Positions 19,545 to 28,989 of a stretch of 64,000 bases of DNA are shown piece after piece. The first letter of the stretch is position 1; the number at the start of each line of letters is the position of its first letter. The notes below the pieces were generated by a model. That model was not told the origin of the DNA. It ran no database searches and saw only the letters and a list, made by a program, of their open reading frames with translations. The translations under genes and the position numbers were made by a program. Location of the stretch: the NCBI GenBank assembly GCA_963762145.1, contig CAVXJS010000015.1:288001-352000 (forward strand), in the 5' to 3' direction. The stretch is from an uncultured Candidatus Rokubacteria bacterium (GTDB lineage: Bacteria; Methylomirabilota; Methylomirabilia; Rokubacteriales; CSP1-6).

Positions 19545-19563
19545 CAACACGAATGGGTGAGCC

Positions 19564-20913
19564 ATGAACAAGCTGATGCGCCCCGGACGTCCGCTCGGCT
19601 TTCTGGTCGGATTGGTGCTGCTCGCCGCCCTGGGCGGGGCGCTCTCCTCACCGCCCGCCGCCCGCTCGCAGGCCGCCGACGTGCTGCTCAACGTGCTGGC
19701 CACCGGCGCCAAGAAGCTCAACATCGTGATCCCCAACTACACCGTCGTGGGTGCCCCCGATACCCAGGGGCTCGGGCGCGGCCTGGCCCAGGTCACCGGC
19801 CGCGACCTCACGTTCTCCAGCCTGTTCAGCGTGGTCTCGGATGTGCCCGCGATCCCGGTCGGGGATCCCGCCGCCCTCAAGGCCACCTTCGCCAACTTCG
19901 CGTCGGCGGGCGCTCACGCGGGACTGCAGGGAGTGCTCACCCTGCGCGGCGATCGCGCCGAGATCGAGATGCGGCTCCACGACCTGACCTCGCCCGAGTT
20001 CCGGCTCATCGGCACCAAGAAGATCGAGATGCCCGCGTCGCAGACGCGTCGGCTCGCCCACAAGGTGGCGGACGAGGTCGTGCTCCAGTTCACCGGCGAG
20101 GCGGGCGTCGCGGACACCAAGGTCGCCTACGTGACCTCGGGATCCGGCAGCAAGGAGCTCGGCCTGATGGACTACGACGGCGCGAGCGCGGCCCCGGTGA
20201 CGTCCAACAAGTCCATCAACGTCTCCCCGGTGTGGAGCCCGGACACCCGTTCGCTGGCCTTCACCTCGTACATGCGGGGCTATCCCTACCTCTACCGGAT
20301 GTTCCCGTTCGAGAACCGGCCGGTGCAGGTCCTGGCCGGCTTCCTCGGCATCAATACCTCCCCCGCGTTCAGCCCGGACGGGCGGTCGGTCGCCTTGACT
20401 CTCTCCCGCGACGGCAACCCCGAGGTGTACGTGCTGAACCTCGCCTCCGGCGCCTTCCGCCGGCTGACCACCTACGGCGGAATCGACACCGAGCCGAGCT
20501 GGTCTCCGACCGGGCGGGAGATCGCCTTCGTGTCCGAGCGGGCCGGGGGCGCGCACGTCTTCGTGATGGACGCGGAGGGCGCGAACGTTCGCCGCCTCAC
20601 CCAGGCCGGGTTCAACACCCAGCCCCGCTGGTCGCCCAAGGGCGACACCATCGTGTTCACGTCGCGGCAGGGAAATTTCGACCTCTGGGGCATCAGCCCC
20701 GACGGATCGAACCTCCGCCGGCTCACCGCCGGCCCCGGCAACAACGAGGGCGCCTCGTGGGCCCCGAACGGCCGCCATCTCGTCTTCCAGTCCAACCGCC
20801 TGGCGGGCGGCTATCAGCTCTTCACCATGCTCGCGGACGGCTCGGAGCAGCAACCCCTCACGCGGGCGCCCGGGGAGTCCACAAGTGCTTCTTGGTCACC
20901 ACGCCTTCCGTGA
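19564..20913 (+). CDS. tolB: TolB beta-propeller protein
   Basis: Signal peptide, TolB_N, PD40 repeats (PVWSPD, PAFSPDG, PSWSPTG). Confidence 0.95.
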   Translation: MNKLMRPGRPLGFLVGLVLLAALGGALSSPPAARSQAADVLLNVLATGAKKLNIVIPNYTVVGAPDTQGLGRGLAQVTGRDLTFSSLFSVVSDVPAIPVGDPAALKATFANFASAGAHAGLQGVLTLRGDRAEIEMRLHDLTSPEFRLIGTKKIEMPASQTRRLAHKVADEVVLQFTGEAGVADTKVAYVTSGSGSKELGLMDYDGASAAPVTSNKSINVSPVWSPDTRSLAFTSYMRGYPYLYRMFPFENRPVQVLAGFLGINTSPAFSPDGRSVALTLSRDGNPEVYVLNLASGAFRRLTTYGGIDTEPSWSPTGREIAFVSERAGGAHVFVMDAEGANVRRLTQAGFNTQPRWSPKGDTIVFTSRQGNFDLWGISPDGSNLRRLTAGPGNNEGASWAPNGRHLVFQSNRLAGGYQLFTMLADGSEQQPLTRAPGESTSASWSPRLP

Positions 20914-20975
20914 TACGATATTTCGGTCGTGAAGAAATGATCCCTAAGCGCATGAAACCCAGGAGGATTTGATTT

Positions 20976-21560
20976 ATGGCGCATCGTCGGGGAAACGTGC
21001 TGCTGGTTGCTCCAGTGCTCGTTCTTTCTCTCTTCCTCGCGGGGTGCCCGAAGCGGCCCGCCACCACGGCCGCTTCCGCGCCTCCACCGTCCGGAGCGCC
21101 CGCGCCCTCCTCGGCGGCGCCCCCGACGTCGAGCGCGCCGGCCCCCTCGATGACGCCGGCTCCGGCCGCGCCCTCGACCGCCGCGCCCTCGACGACGCCC
21201 CCGGCGCCGAGCGAGTTCCGTGAGACGGACAACCTGAAGGACGTCTTCTTCGACTTCGACAAGTACGACATCCGGCCCAGCGACGCCAAGCTCCTCGACA
21301 CGAACGCGGCGTGGCTGAAGACCAACAACAACCTCGTGCTGATCGAAGGGCACTGCGACGAGCGCGGCACCAACGAGTACAACCTCGCGCTCGGCGAGCG
21401 ACGTGCGAAGGCCACGATGAACTACCTGGTCGGCCAGGGCGTGCAGGCGAACCGGATCACGATCATCTCCTACGGCAAGGAGCGGCCCACCTGCACCGAG
21501 CACAGCGAAGCGTGCTGGGCCAAGAACCGGCGCGCGCACTTCCTCGTGAAGGCCCGCTGA
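20976..21560 (+). CDS. pal: Peptidoglycan-associated lipoprotein
   Basis: LAGC lipobox; IEGHCDERGTNEYNLALGERRA; NRRA. Confidence 0.97.
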   Translation: MAHRRGNVLLVAPVLVLSLFLAGCPKRPATTAASAPPPSGAPAPSSAAPPTSSAPAPSMTPAPAAPSTAAPSTTPPAPSEFRETDNLKDVFFDFDKYDIRPSDAKLLDTNAAWLKTNNNLVLIEGHCDERGTNEYNLALGERRAKATMNYLVGQGVQANRITIISYGKERPTCTEHSEACWAKNRRAHFLVKAR

Positions 21561-21577
21561 TCGACGCGGAGTCCGTC

Positions 21578-22465
21578 GTGTCGTCCCGATCGACTGCGAA
21601 GGGGAGCCTCCGGCTCCCCTTCGCCGCTTGGACCCTCCTCGCGGTCACGCTCACCGCGGCGGCGGGATGCGCCGACGTATCCGGCCAGGCCCTGCAGCAG
21701 GACGTGGCCCAGCTCCGTCAGGACCTCAACTCGCTGACCCTCGCGGTCCATCGCAGCCGCGGGGACAGCGAGACCGTGGTGGGCCAGCTAGACCGCCGCA
21801 ATCGCGAGCAGACCGCCGAGAGCAGCAAGCAGAGCGCAGCGCTGAACGCCCGGCTCGACGCGCTCGCCGCGGAGGTCTCGCGCGTCACCGCGCGCGTGGA
21901 CGAGCTCTCCCAGCGGGTCGAGAGCCTCGGGCGCGCCGCGCCCGCCGCTCCCGCTCCTTCGGGTGGCGCGGCGCCGATTCCTCCTCCCGCGCGCTCCGGC
22001 GCGCCCGCGCCGTCGGTCTCGGCGGTTCCCCCGCCGGCCCGCTCCGGGGGCGCCAGCGCGGAGGAGAGCTACCAGGCGGCCTATCTCGACTTCAGCAAGG
22101 GGCTCTATCCGCTCGCGGTATCGGGCTTCCGCGACTTCCTGCGGCGCTTCCCGGACTCGCCCCTGGCCGACAGCGCTCAGTACTGGATCGGGGAAGCCTA
22201 CTTCAGCATGGCCCGCGCCACCGCGAGCCAGCCCGAGAAGGCGCGCGAGAACCTCGAGCAGGCGGTGCAGGAGTTCCGGAAGGTGGTCGTGGCCTACCCG
22301 CGCGGCAGCAAGGTTCCGACCGCGCTATACAAGGAAGCACTCGCCCTCGTGGACCTCAAGCAGACCGCGCTCGCCCAGGCGCGGCTTCAGTACCTGGTCG
22401 AGCACTTTCCGCAGTCGGAGGAAGCGCCGCTCGCGAAGGAGCGGCTGGCCGGTCTGAAGGACTAG
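21578..22465 (+). CDS. cpoB: Tol-Pal protein CpoB/YbgF (start approximate)
   Basis: AAGC lipobox, coiled coil, TPRs (FPDSPLADSAQYWIGE, YPRGSKVPTALYK). Confidence 0.88.
   Translation: MSSRSTAKGSLRLPFAAWTLLAVTLTAAAGCADVSGQALQQDVAQLRQDLNSLTLAVHRSRGDSETVVGQLDRRNREQTAESSKQSAALNARLDALAAEVSRVTARVDELSQRVESLGRAAPAAPAPSGGAAPIPPPARSGAPAPSVSAVPPPARSGGASAEESYQAAYLDFSKGLYPLAVSGFRDFLRRFPDSPLADSAQYWIGEAYFSMARATASQPEKARENLEQAVQEFRKVVVAYPRGSKVPTALYKEALALVDLKQTALAQARLQYLVEHFPQSEEAPLAKERLAGLKD
21596..21624. repeat. 13-bp-stem hairpin just downstream of pal, inside the cpoB 5' region
   Basis: GCGAAGGGGAGCC-TCC-GGCTCCCCTTCGC. Confidence 0.7.
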
Positions 22466-22978
22466 CTACGACTGCTCGTCCTGCTCCCCGGGGTTGAAGA
22501 CCCAGATCACCGTCACGTCGTCATCCGGGCTCGAATACACCATGACGCTGCGGTCCGGGTCTGCGGAGGAGACGTCCTGCACCACCACCGGCGCCGCCAG
22601 GGTCACCGGGGGGCTGGGCCAGACCACCAGGCCGACCGCGAGGCTCGAGACCATGAGGCTGCCGAAGGCGACCCGCGGGTGGCCCCAGATCGGCTTCCAG
22701 ACCGGCAGCCACCAGGACTCACGGACCGGCGGGGGCTTCTCGCTGGCGATCCGGATTCGGACCGCGGGCCAGAAACCGCTCCAGTCGGGAGCGACGACGT
22801 CCGGCCCGGCACTCCGGACCAGGAGGCGAAGCCGGGTGAGCTGCGCCACCTCGCCACCACAGCGGGAGCAACGGGCCGCGTGAGCCGTGGCCGCTCGACT
22901 GGCGCGGGCCCCGAGCCCGCCGTCGACGAGGCGCTCGAGGCGGGGACGATTCCAGAGACATCCGAGGCTCGGCATCAT
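22466..22978 (-). CDS. Membrane anti-sigma-like protein (zf-HC2)
   Basis: HAARCSRC (HxxxCxxC), one TM segment, short extracytoplasmic tail. Confidence 0.7.
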   Translation of the reverse strand: MMPSLGCLWNRPRLERLVDGGLGARASRAATAHAARCSRCGGEVAQLTRLRLLVRSAGPDVVAPDWSGFWPAVRIRIASEKPPPVRESWWLPVWKPIWGHPRVAFGSLMVSSLAVGLVVWPSPPVTLAAPVVVQDVSSADPDRSVMVYSSPDDDVTVIWVFNPGEQDEQS

Positions 22979-23055
22979 TGGAAGTATACCTCGTAGGCTG
23001 TGACGCGGTCTGGCCCTTGAATATTCCGGCCGGACCCCCTAAGGTCGGAATCCCT

Positions 23056-23699
23056 ATGGAAGAAGCCCTCGCGGTCCACGTTCCGGACGGTCCCGCCCTG
23101 GAGGGCCGGCTCGGGCCCGTCGCGAGCCCCAAGGGGGGGTTCGTCATCTGCCATCCCCACCCCCTTTACGGCGGCGATATGGACAATCCGGTAGTCATTC
23201 GAGCGGCCGAGGTCGTGCAGGCGGCGGGGTACGCCACGCTCCGCTTCAATTTTCGCGGGGCGGGCCGGTCCCAGGGGACCCACGACAAGGGCGGGGGCGA
23301 GCAACAGGACGTGACCGCGGCGATCGAGGCGCTCGCGTCCCATCTGCCCGCCGGGAGCCGGATCGGGGCGATGGGGTACTCCTTCGGTGCCGCGATGGCG
23401 GCCCGGGCCACCCGCCCGGGGATGCCGGAGGCGCCGCTCGGGCTGATCGCTCCCCCGCTGGGGATGTACGATTTCGACTTCCTTCACGGGGCTTCCTCGC
23501 CGGCGAGCCCGGAGCCCTGCTGATGGTGGCCGGCACCGCCGATTCCTACTGTCCGGTCGAGGCGCTCCACCGGCTGACCGCGCTCACGGCGGCCGAGGAA
23601 CGGATCATCGAGGGGGCGGACCACTTCTTCTTCGGGAAGCTCTATCCGCTCGGGGAAGCGATCGGGGCCTGGCTGGCGGGGTTGCCGCCGGCCCGGTGA
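23056..23699 (+). CDS. Alpha/beta hydrolase (frameshift near 23500)
   Basis: CHPHPLYGGDMDN, GYSFG nucleophile; continues LMVAGTADSYC...GADHFF in another frame. Confidence 0.85.
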
Positions 23700-24311
23700 T
23701 CAGAGCCGCTCGCGCGGCAATCGGGGCGGCGTCGCGGTGCCCGCGGAGAGGATGATGCGGATCCCTTCCTCCACGGTGAGGCCGGTGGGCAGCGTCTCTT
23801 CCTTCGCCACCACGATCACGTCGCCCAGGTACAGATTGTTGGTGGGCACGAACACCGTCACCATCGCCCGCTTGCCCTCGACGCCTTCGAGCAGCAGCTC
23901 GGAGGTGACGAAGCCGAAGACGTACTCGCCTTTCCGAGGGTGCTCGGCGAGGACGACCGCCTTGAAGGAGTTGCGCTGCTGGGGAGAGAACGACTCCAGC
24001 AGCTGCTTCACGGAGGGGTAGATGCTGCGGAAGATCGGCACGTGCTCGAAGAGGCGCTCGATGCGGGCGAGGATGCGGCGACCGACCACGTTGCGGGCGA
24101 TCGTGCCCATGATGAAGATGATGACGACCGCGGTGAGGAAACCCAGGCCGGGAATACGCCGGCCGAGGATCTGGGTGTACACCGGGGAGAAGAAATCGTC
24201 GATCGCGTTCCAGAACACCCACAGCAGCCAGGCCGTGGCGATCGCGGGAACGGTGGAGAACAGTCCGGTGATGAACCGAACCTTCATCCAGTTGCGAAAA
24301 CTACCCGACAT
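23700..24311 (-). CDS. DUF502 membrane protein
   Basis: FITGL, PGLG, VPIFRSIY, VFVPT motifs. Confidence 0.88.
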   Translation of the reverse strand: MSGSFRNWMKVRFITGLFSTVPAIATAWLLWVFWNAIDDFFSPVYTQILGRRIPGLGFLTAVVIIFIMGTIARNVVGRRILARIERLFEHVPIFRSIYPSVKQLLESFSPQQRNSFKAVVLAEHPRKGEYVFGFVTSELLLEGVEGKRAMVTVFVPTNNLYLGDVIVVAKEETLPTGLTVEEGIRIILSAGTATPPRLPRERL

Positions 24312-24320
24312 GTCGAATCG

Positions 24321-25076
24321 ATGAGATCACACGCCCCAGGGCAAGTCAAGGAACTGACCGGCAAGGTGGCGCTCGTCACCGGCGGCGCGGTGCGCGTCGG
24401 GCTCGAGATCGCGCGCGCGCTCGCCGACGCGGGCGCCGACGTGGTGGTCGGCTACCGCCGCTCGGCCGCGGAGGCGCGCGCGGCGGTGCGCGAGCTGGAG
24501 GCTCGCGGCGTGCGCGCGGCCGCGCTGCGCGCGGACGTGGCGCGGCCGCGCGAGGCGCGGGCGCTCGTGGCGGGCGCGATCAGGCGCCTCGGGCGGCTCG
24601 ACATCCTGGTCAACAACGCGGCGCTCTTCTTCCGCACGCCGGTGCTCACCACGACCCCCGCGCAGTTCGACCGGCTCCTCGCGGTCAATCTGCGCGCGCC
24701 GTTCTTCGTGAGCCAGGCGGCCGCCCGCGCCATGGGCCGGCGCGGCGGGCGCATCATCAACATCGCGGACGTCGGCGCGGTGCGCGCCTGGGCCGGCTAC
24801 GTGCCCTACGGCATCTCCAAGGCGGGGGTGATCATGCTCACGCGCGGCCTCGCGGTGGCCCTGGCTCCCCGGATCCAGGTCAACGCGGTGGCTCCCGGAG
24901 TGGTGCTGCTCCCGGAAGGGTTCCCGCGCGAATCGGGGCGCCGCCTCGCCGCGCGCATCCCGATGGGCCGGCACGGACGGCCGGCCGATGTCGCGGAGGC
25001 GGTCCGCTTCTTCGCCACCTGCTCCGACTACGTCACCGGGCAGGTGCTCTTCGTGGACGGAGGCATGTCGATTTAG
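24321..25076 (+). CDS. SDR oxidoreductase, pteridine reductase/FolM-like
   Basis: TGGAVRVG, NNA, YGISK, LAPRIQVNAVAPG. Confidence 0.85.
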   Translation: MRSHAPGQVKELTGKVALVTGGAVRVGLEIARALADAGADVVVGYRRSAAEARAAVRELEARGVRAAALRADVARPREARALVAGAIRRLGRLDILVNNAALFFRTPVLTTTPAQFDRLLAVNLRAPFFVSQAAARAMGRRGGRIINIADVGAVRAWAGYVPYGISKAGVIMLTRGLAVALAPRIQVNAVAPGVVLLPEGFPRESGRRLAARIPMGRHGRPADVAEAVRFFATCSDYVTGQVLFVDGGMSI

Positions 25077-25144
25077 TCGGAGGGGGCCTCGACGGCCCCC
25101 TCCGAGCCTCTCCCAACAACGGGTTGCGCCGGCGGAGCCGGCGC
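25077..25144. repeat. Double-hairpin REP-like element between convergent genes
   Basis: TCGGAGGGGGCC-TCGAC-GGCCCCCTCCGA (25077-25105) and GCGCCGGC-GGA-GCCGGCGC (25126-25144). Confidence 0.7.
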
Positions 25145-25179
25145 TCGAACAGACGTTATGCGAGCCGTCTGCGTAGGTT

Positions 25180-26070
25180 CTAGATCAGCAGGCGGAGGGC
25201 GCCCGGGTGGATCTCGATGTCGAGTGGGGTGTGGGCGCCGAGCTCGCCGTCGAGCTGGACGGGCAGCGGCGCAGGTGCGTCCACGCGCACGCGGGCCGCG
25301 CGTCGGATCGCGATCCGGGGATTGGCGAGATGTCCGCCCCAGTAGACCGTCGGGAGCCAGCGCGCCAGCTCGAGCCGGCCGAGCGCGCCCAGCCGCACCA
25401 CGTCGAGGAGGCCGTCGTCGGGGCGGGCGCCCGGCGCGATGTGCATGCCGCCACCGAACCAGGCGCCGTTGCACACGACCACGCTCGCCGCGGGCCCGGC
25501 CCAGGTATCGACATCGTCCAGGCGCACGGTCATCTCGACGGGCCGGTAGTCACGCAGGCTGGTCAGCGCCGCGCGCGGGTAGATCAGCCGCCCGCCGCGC
25601 GCGCCGGCCCGCTGGGCGACCACCGCGTCGAACCCCGTGCCGGCGCAGCCCAGGAAGTAGCGGTGACCGCCCGGCCACCGCGCGAGCCCGAGATCCAGGG
25701 CGACGACGTGCCCATCGGCCAGGCGGCGTGCGGCGCGCCGCGGATTGGGCGCCAGCCCCAGGTTCCGCCCCGCATCGCGCCCGCGTCCGGTCAGCAGCGC
25801 ACCGACCGTCACCTCATGCTCCACCCTCAGCGGCGCGAGGCCATTGACCACCTCGTTCAGCGTGCCGTCCCCGCCCACCGCGACCACGAGGGAGACGCCG
25901 GCCCGTGCCGCCTCGGCGGCCAGCGTCGCGGCGTGGCCCCGCGTCCGGGTCTCGACCATCTCGAAGGCAAAGCGGCGGGCCGCGAGCACGTCGCGGAGAG
26001 ACGGCCAGAGGCGCCGGGTGCGGCCGTCGCCGGCCGCGGGATTGACGATGAGGAGGGCGGGTGCGACTAT
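25180..26070 (-). CDS. Diacylglycerol kinase family lipid kinase (no canonical start visible)
   Basis: IVNPAAG, GGDGTLNEVVNG, GTGFDA, QLDGE. Confidence 0.85.
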   Translation of the reverse strand: MVAPALLIVNPAAGDGRTRRLWPSLRDVLAARRFAFEMVETRTRGHAATLAAEAARAGVSLVVAVGGDGTLNEVVNGLAPLRVEHEVTVGALLTGRGRDAGRNLGLAPNPRRAARRLADGHVVALDLGLARWPGGHRYFLGCAGTGFDAVVAQRAGARGGRLIYPRAALTSLRDYRPVEMTVRLDDVDTWAGPAASVVVCNGAWFGGGMHIAPGARPDDGLLDVVRLGALGRLELARWLPTVYWGGHLANPRIAIRRAARVRVDAPAPLPVQLDGELGAHTPLDIEIHPGALRLLI

Positions 26071-26753
26071 GTGCGGCCGACGCGGCCGCCGCCCATGGCG
26101 CGCATGAAGTCGCGCATGGAGGGAAAGCGCATCATCGGGTTCTCGCGCTTCTCGGCGCCGATGGTGGTCTGCGAGCCGCCGTAGTTGTGGCCGGGCAGCA
26201 CCACCGTCTCCTCGGGCAGCGCGCCCAGGCGCTGCGTGAGCGAGGTGTACATCTCCTGCGGGTCGCTGCCGGGCAGATCGGTACGGCCGCACGAGCGGAT
26301 GAAGAGCGTGTCGCCCGAGATGAGGCAGCCGTCCACCAGGAAGCACTGCGATCCCGGCGTGTGCCCGGGCGTGTGGATGAACGTCAGCGGCACCTGCCCC
26401 ACCTGGAGGGTGTCCCCGCCCCGCACCTGGACCACGTCCGAGCCGAAACCCTTCAGGAACTCGCGCTCGTCCTGGTGCACGTAGACCTTCATGGGGTGCT
26501 TGGCGAGCAGCTCCGCCACGCCCGGGATGTCGTGGCCGAAGAGGTGGCCGCCCACGTGGTCCTGATGCGTGTGGGTGACCAGCGCGCCGACGAGCCGCAT
26601 GTCGTCCTGAGCGACGAGATCCGCGATGCCGTCGATCTCCCAGGCCGGATCCACCACGACGCACTCGCGGCTCGCCTGGTCGCCGATGAGGTACACGAAG
26701 TTCTGCATCGGCCCCAGCTCGATCTGCCTCAGGTACAGCGGGGACTGCGCCAT
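26067..26753 (-). CDS. MBL-fold hydrolase (glyoxalase II-like)
   Basis: THTHQDH, HTPGHTPG, GDTLF, PGHNY. Confidence 0.92.
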   Translation of the reverse strand: MAQSPLYLRQIELGPMQNFVYLIGDQASRECVVVDPAWEIDGIADLVAQDDMRLVGALVTHTHQDHVGGHLFGHDIPGVAELLAKHPMKVYVHQDEREFLKGFGSDVVQVRGGDTLQVGQVPLTFIHTPGHTPGSQCFLVDGCLISGDTLFIRSCGRTDLPGSDPQEMYTSLTQRLGALPEETVVLPGHNYGGSQTTIGAEKRENPMMRFPSMRDFMRAMGGGRVGRT

Positions 26754-27142
26754 CAGTTCCCGTTCACCCACACGAGCTGGTAGTAGCCGCCGCTCACGAT
26801 CCGAGGCTGGTACCCGCCCCCCACCATGACCCCTTCTGCGGTGATGTAGCCGGGCACCCACACATAGGAGGTGTACGCGGTGGGCACCCACTGGTAGGCC
26901 CAGTACCCCGCGCAACAGACCACCGCCGGAGCCGTGTAGATCGGCGGGCGACCCGGATGCCCATGCGGCGGCCGCACCGGCACGCTGGGGGCCGGCCGGG
27001 CCTCGAGGGGACGCGGCGGCGGTGTCATCGCGAACGGGTTGGGCGCCAGGACGGTCGGGCGCACCTCCCCGGCGATGGCGGGACCGAGGGGGCCGGCCAG
27101 AGCCAGGAGTGCAAGACTTGCGATGGCGGCGAGTCGTCGCAT
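26753..27142 (-). CDS. Small secreted Pro-rich protein with W-x-x-G-Y motifs
   Basis: Signal peptide MRRLAAIASLALLALA; GYWAYQWVP..VWVPGY..GYYQLVW. Confidence 0.6.
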   Translation of the reverse strand: MRRLAAIASLALLALAGPLGPAIAGEVRPTVLAPNPFAMTPPPRPLEARPAPSVPVRPPHGHPGRPPIYTAPAVVCCAGYWAYQWVPTAYTSYVWVPGYITAEGVMVGGGYQPRIVSGGYYQLVWVNGN

Positions 27143-27210
27143 GGTTGGTCGGACGCCTGTCACGGCAGCCCTATTCTGCCACGGTCGCCCCGGCCCGGGA
27201 ACCCGGGGCT

Positions 27211-28984
27211 TCAGGAGGGAATCTCGGCTCTGGCCTTGCGCAGGTCGTCCAGGTCCTTGCTGGACACCGCGTAGATGCCCGGCTCGGCCCGGAGCTTCAC
27301 GTAGGTCACCGCGCCGTCGGTGCGTCCGACCTGGAGCGTGGCCAGCTCGGCGCCGCCGTCCTTGAACAGCGTCAGCTCGACCTCGGGCTTGTCGAGGCCC
27401 CACTTGGCCGCGTCCTCCGGACCCTTGGCCGCGATCTCCCTCCACTTGAGGCCGCGCAGGGCCAGGAGCATACCGGCCACGCGGCCTTCCTTGGTGCTCC
27501 CGCGCGCCGGCTCGACGACCTTCCACTCCTCGCCGCTCTTCTCCACCACCAGGGGCTTGTCGCCGGCGGCGACGCGCGCCTTCTTGACGTCGCCGATCTC
27601 GAACGCAGGGCAGCAGGGATCGGTCGCGCAGCTCGGCCACTCCGGGCGCGAGGTCCGAGAGGTTCTTCCCCTCGACCAGCACGACGGGCCCGTCCCCGCG
27701 CACCGCGGCCACCGCCACGGGCTGCCCGCCGCGGCGCTCCGCGGAGGACTGCAGCAGGAGCGTCTTCGGCTCCTTGGCGCCCTCCTCCCAGAGCCTGACC
27801 GTGACCTCGGGCTTGGTCAGGAAGCGCGGCGCCTCCGCCGGCGTTTCGGCGAGAACGCCCACGGAGCGAAGGTCACGGATCTTCCACAGCAGCCCGGTCA
27901 CCGCGGACGAATCAGCCTTGAGCGCCTCGGGCGCGCTGATCTTCCAGCCGCTGCCGTCCTTCTCGAGCGTGACCGCGCCGCGCCCGTGCGCGAGCTCTAC
28001 CTTCGTGAGCTTGTCGTAGGCGTAGGTGACGACGGTCTTGTCGCGCAGCGCCGCCACCGTCTTCGGGAACGTCGTCCACAGCGCCTCCGCGGTCAGGAGC
28101 ACGCCCGGCTCGCCGTCGCGCTTGACGTAGACCCCCTTCTTCTCCGGCACCGGACGCCCCACCAGCAGGGTCCGGGACGAGCGCTCCTTGTCGCGGCCGA
28201 GCCACACCGTGACCCGCGACGGCTTGTCGAGCCCGTAGGGCGCGAGCGACTTCGGCGCGTCGTCCACGAACTCGAGCGCCTTGGCGCCTTCCAGCTTCTG
28301 GAGGAAATCGGCCACCATCTCCGCGTCGGCGGGGAGCGGGCGCGGCTTCACGATGCGCCACTTGCCCGGCTCGTCGGCGACGAGGCCGATCTGATCGCCC
28401 GCCACGTCGAGGTCGAGGCCGGTGAGATTGCGCCGGTCGAAGGCCATCACGCTGCGGTCGCGGAAATCGGCCGCCGGACGCGTGGTGTCGCGGGCGACGC
28501 TCTCCGACATCGTGATCACCGCCGGCTTGTCGCCCTCGCGCGCGTAGACCCAGACCCCGGTCGGGTTCTTGCTGCCCACCCGGAGCACGAGCGGGGCGGC
28601 GGCGCCCTTGACCTCGAGGCGCACCTCCGCCTCCGGGGGCGCGAGCCCGAAGTCGGCCGGCTTGGCCGGATTGGGGTCGATCTCGCGATCCATGCGCGCG
28701 GTGGCGAGGCCGGTCACCATGTCGTCCACCGCGGCGCGGTCGGCCCGCACCCGCACCGGCTCGAGCATCTCCCAGCCGTCGCTGGTCCGCTTGAGCCGGA
28801 CGGTCTCGCCCTTGCGGGCGATGGTGACGCCCTCGACGTCCTTGGGCTCGACGGTCCAGATGCGCCCCTTCGCGGACTCCGCCTTCTCGCGCTTGGGATT
28901 GAGCCAGTACGTGTCGTAGTAGAAGAAGCCGCCGAGGCCGGCGGCCAGCAGCAGGAGGACGACGAGGGTCTTGCCCGACGCCAT
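27211..28984 (-). CDS. DUF4340 repeat protein (frameshift near 27605)
   Basis: N-terminal TM; repeated units (FGLAPP, YGLDKP, WGLDKP; LRD). Confidence 0.82.
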
Positions 28985-28989
28985 GGGAG

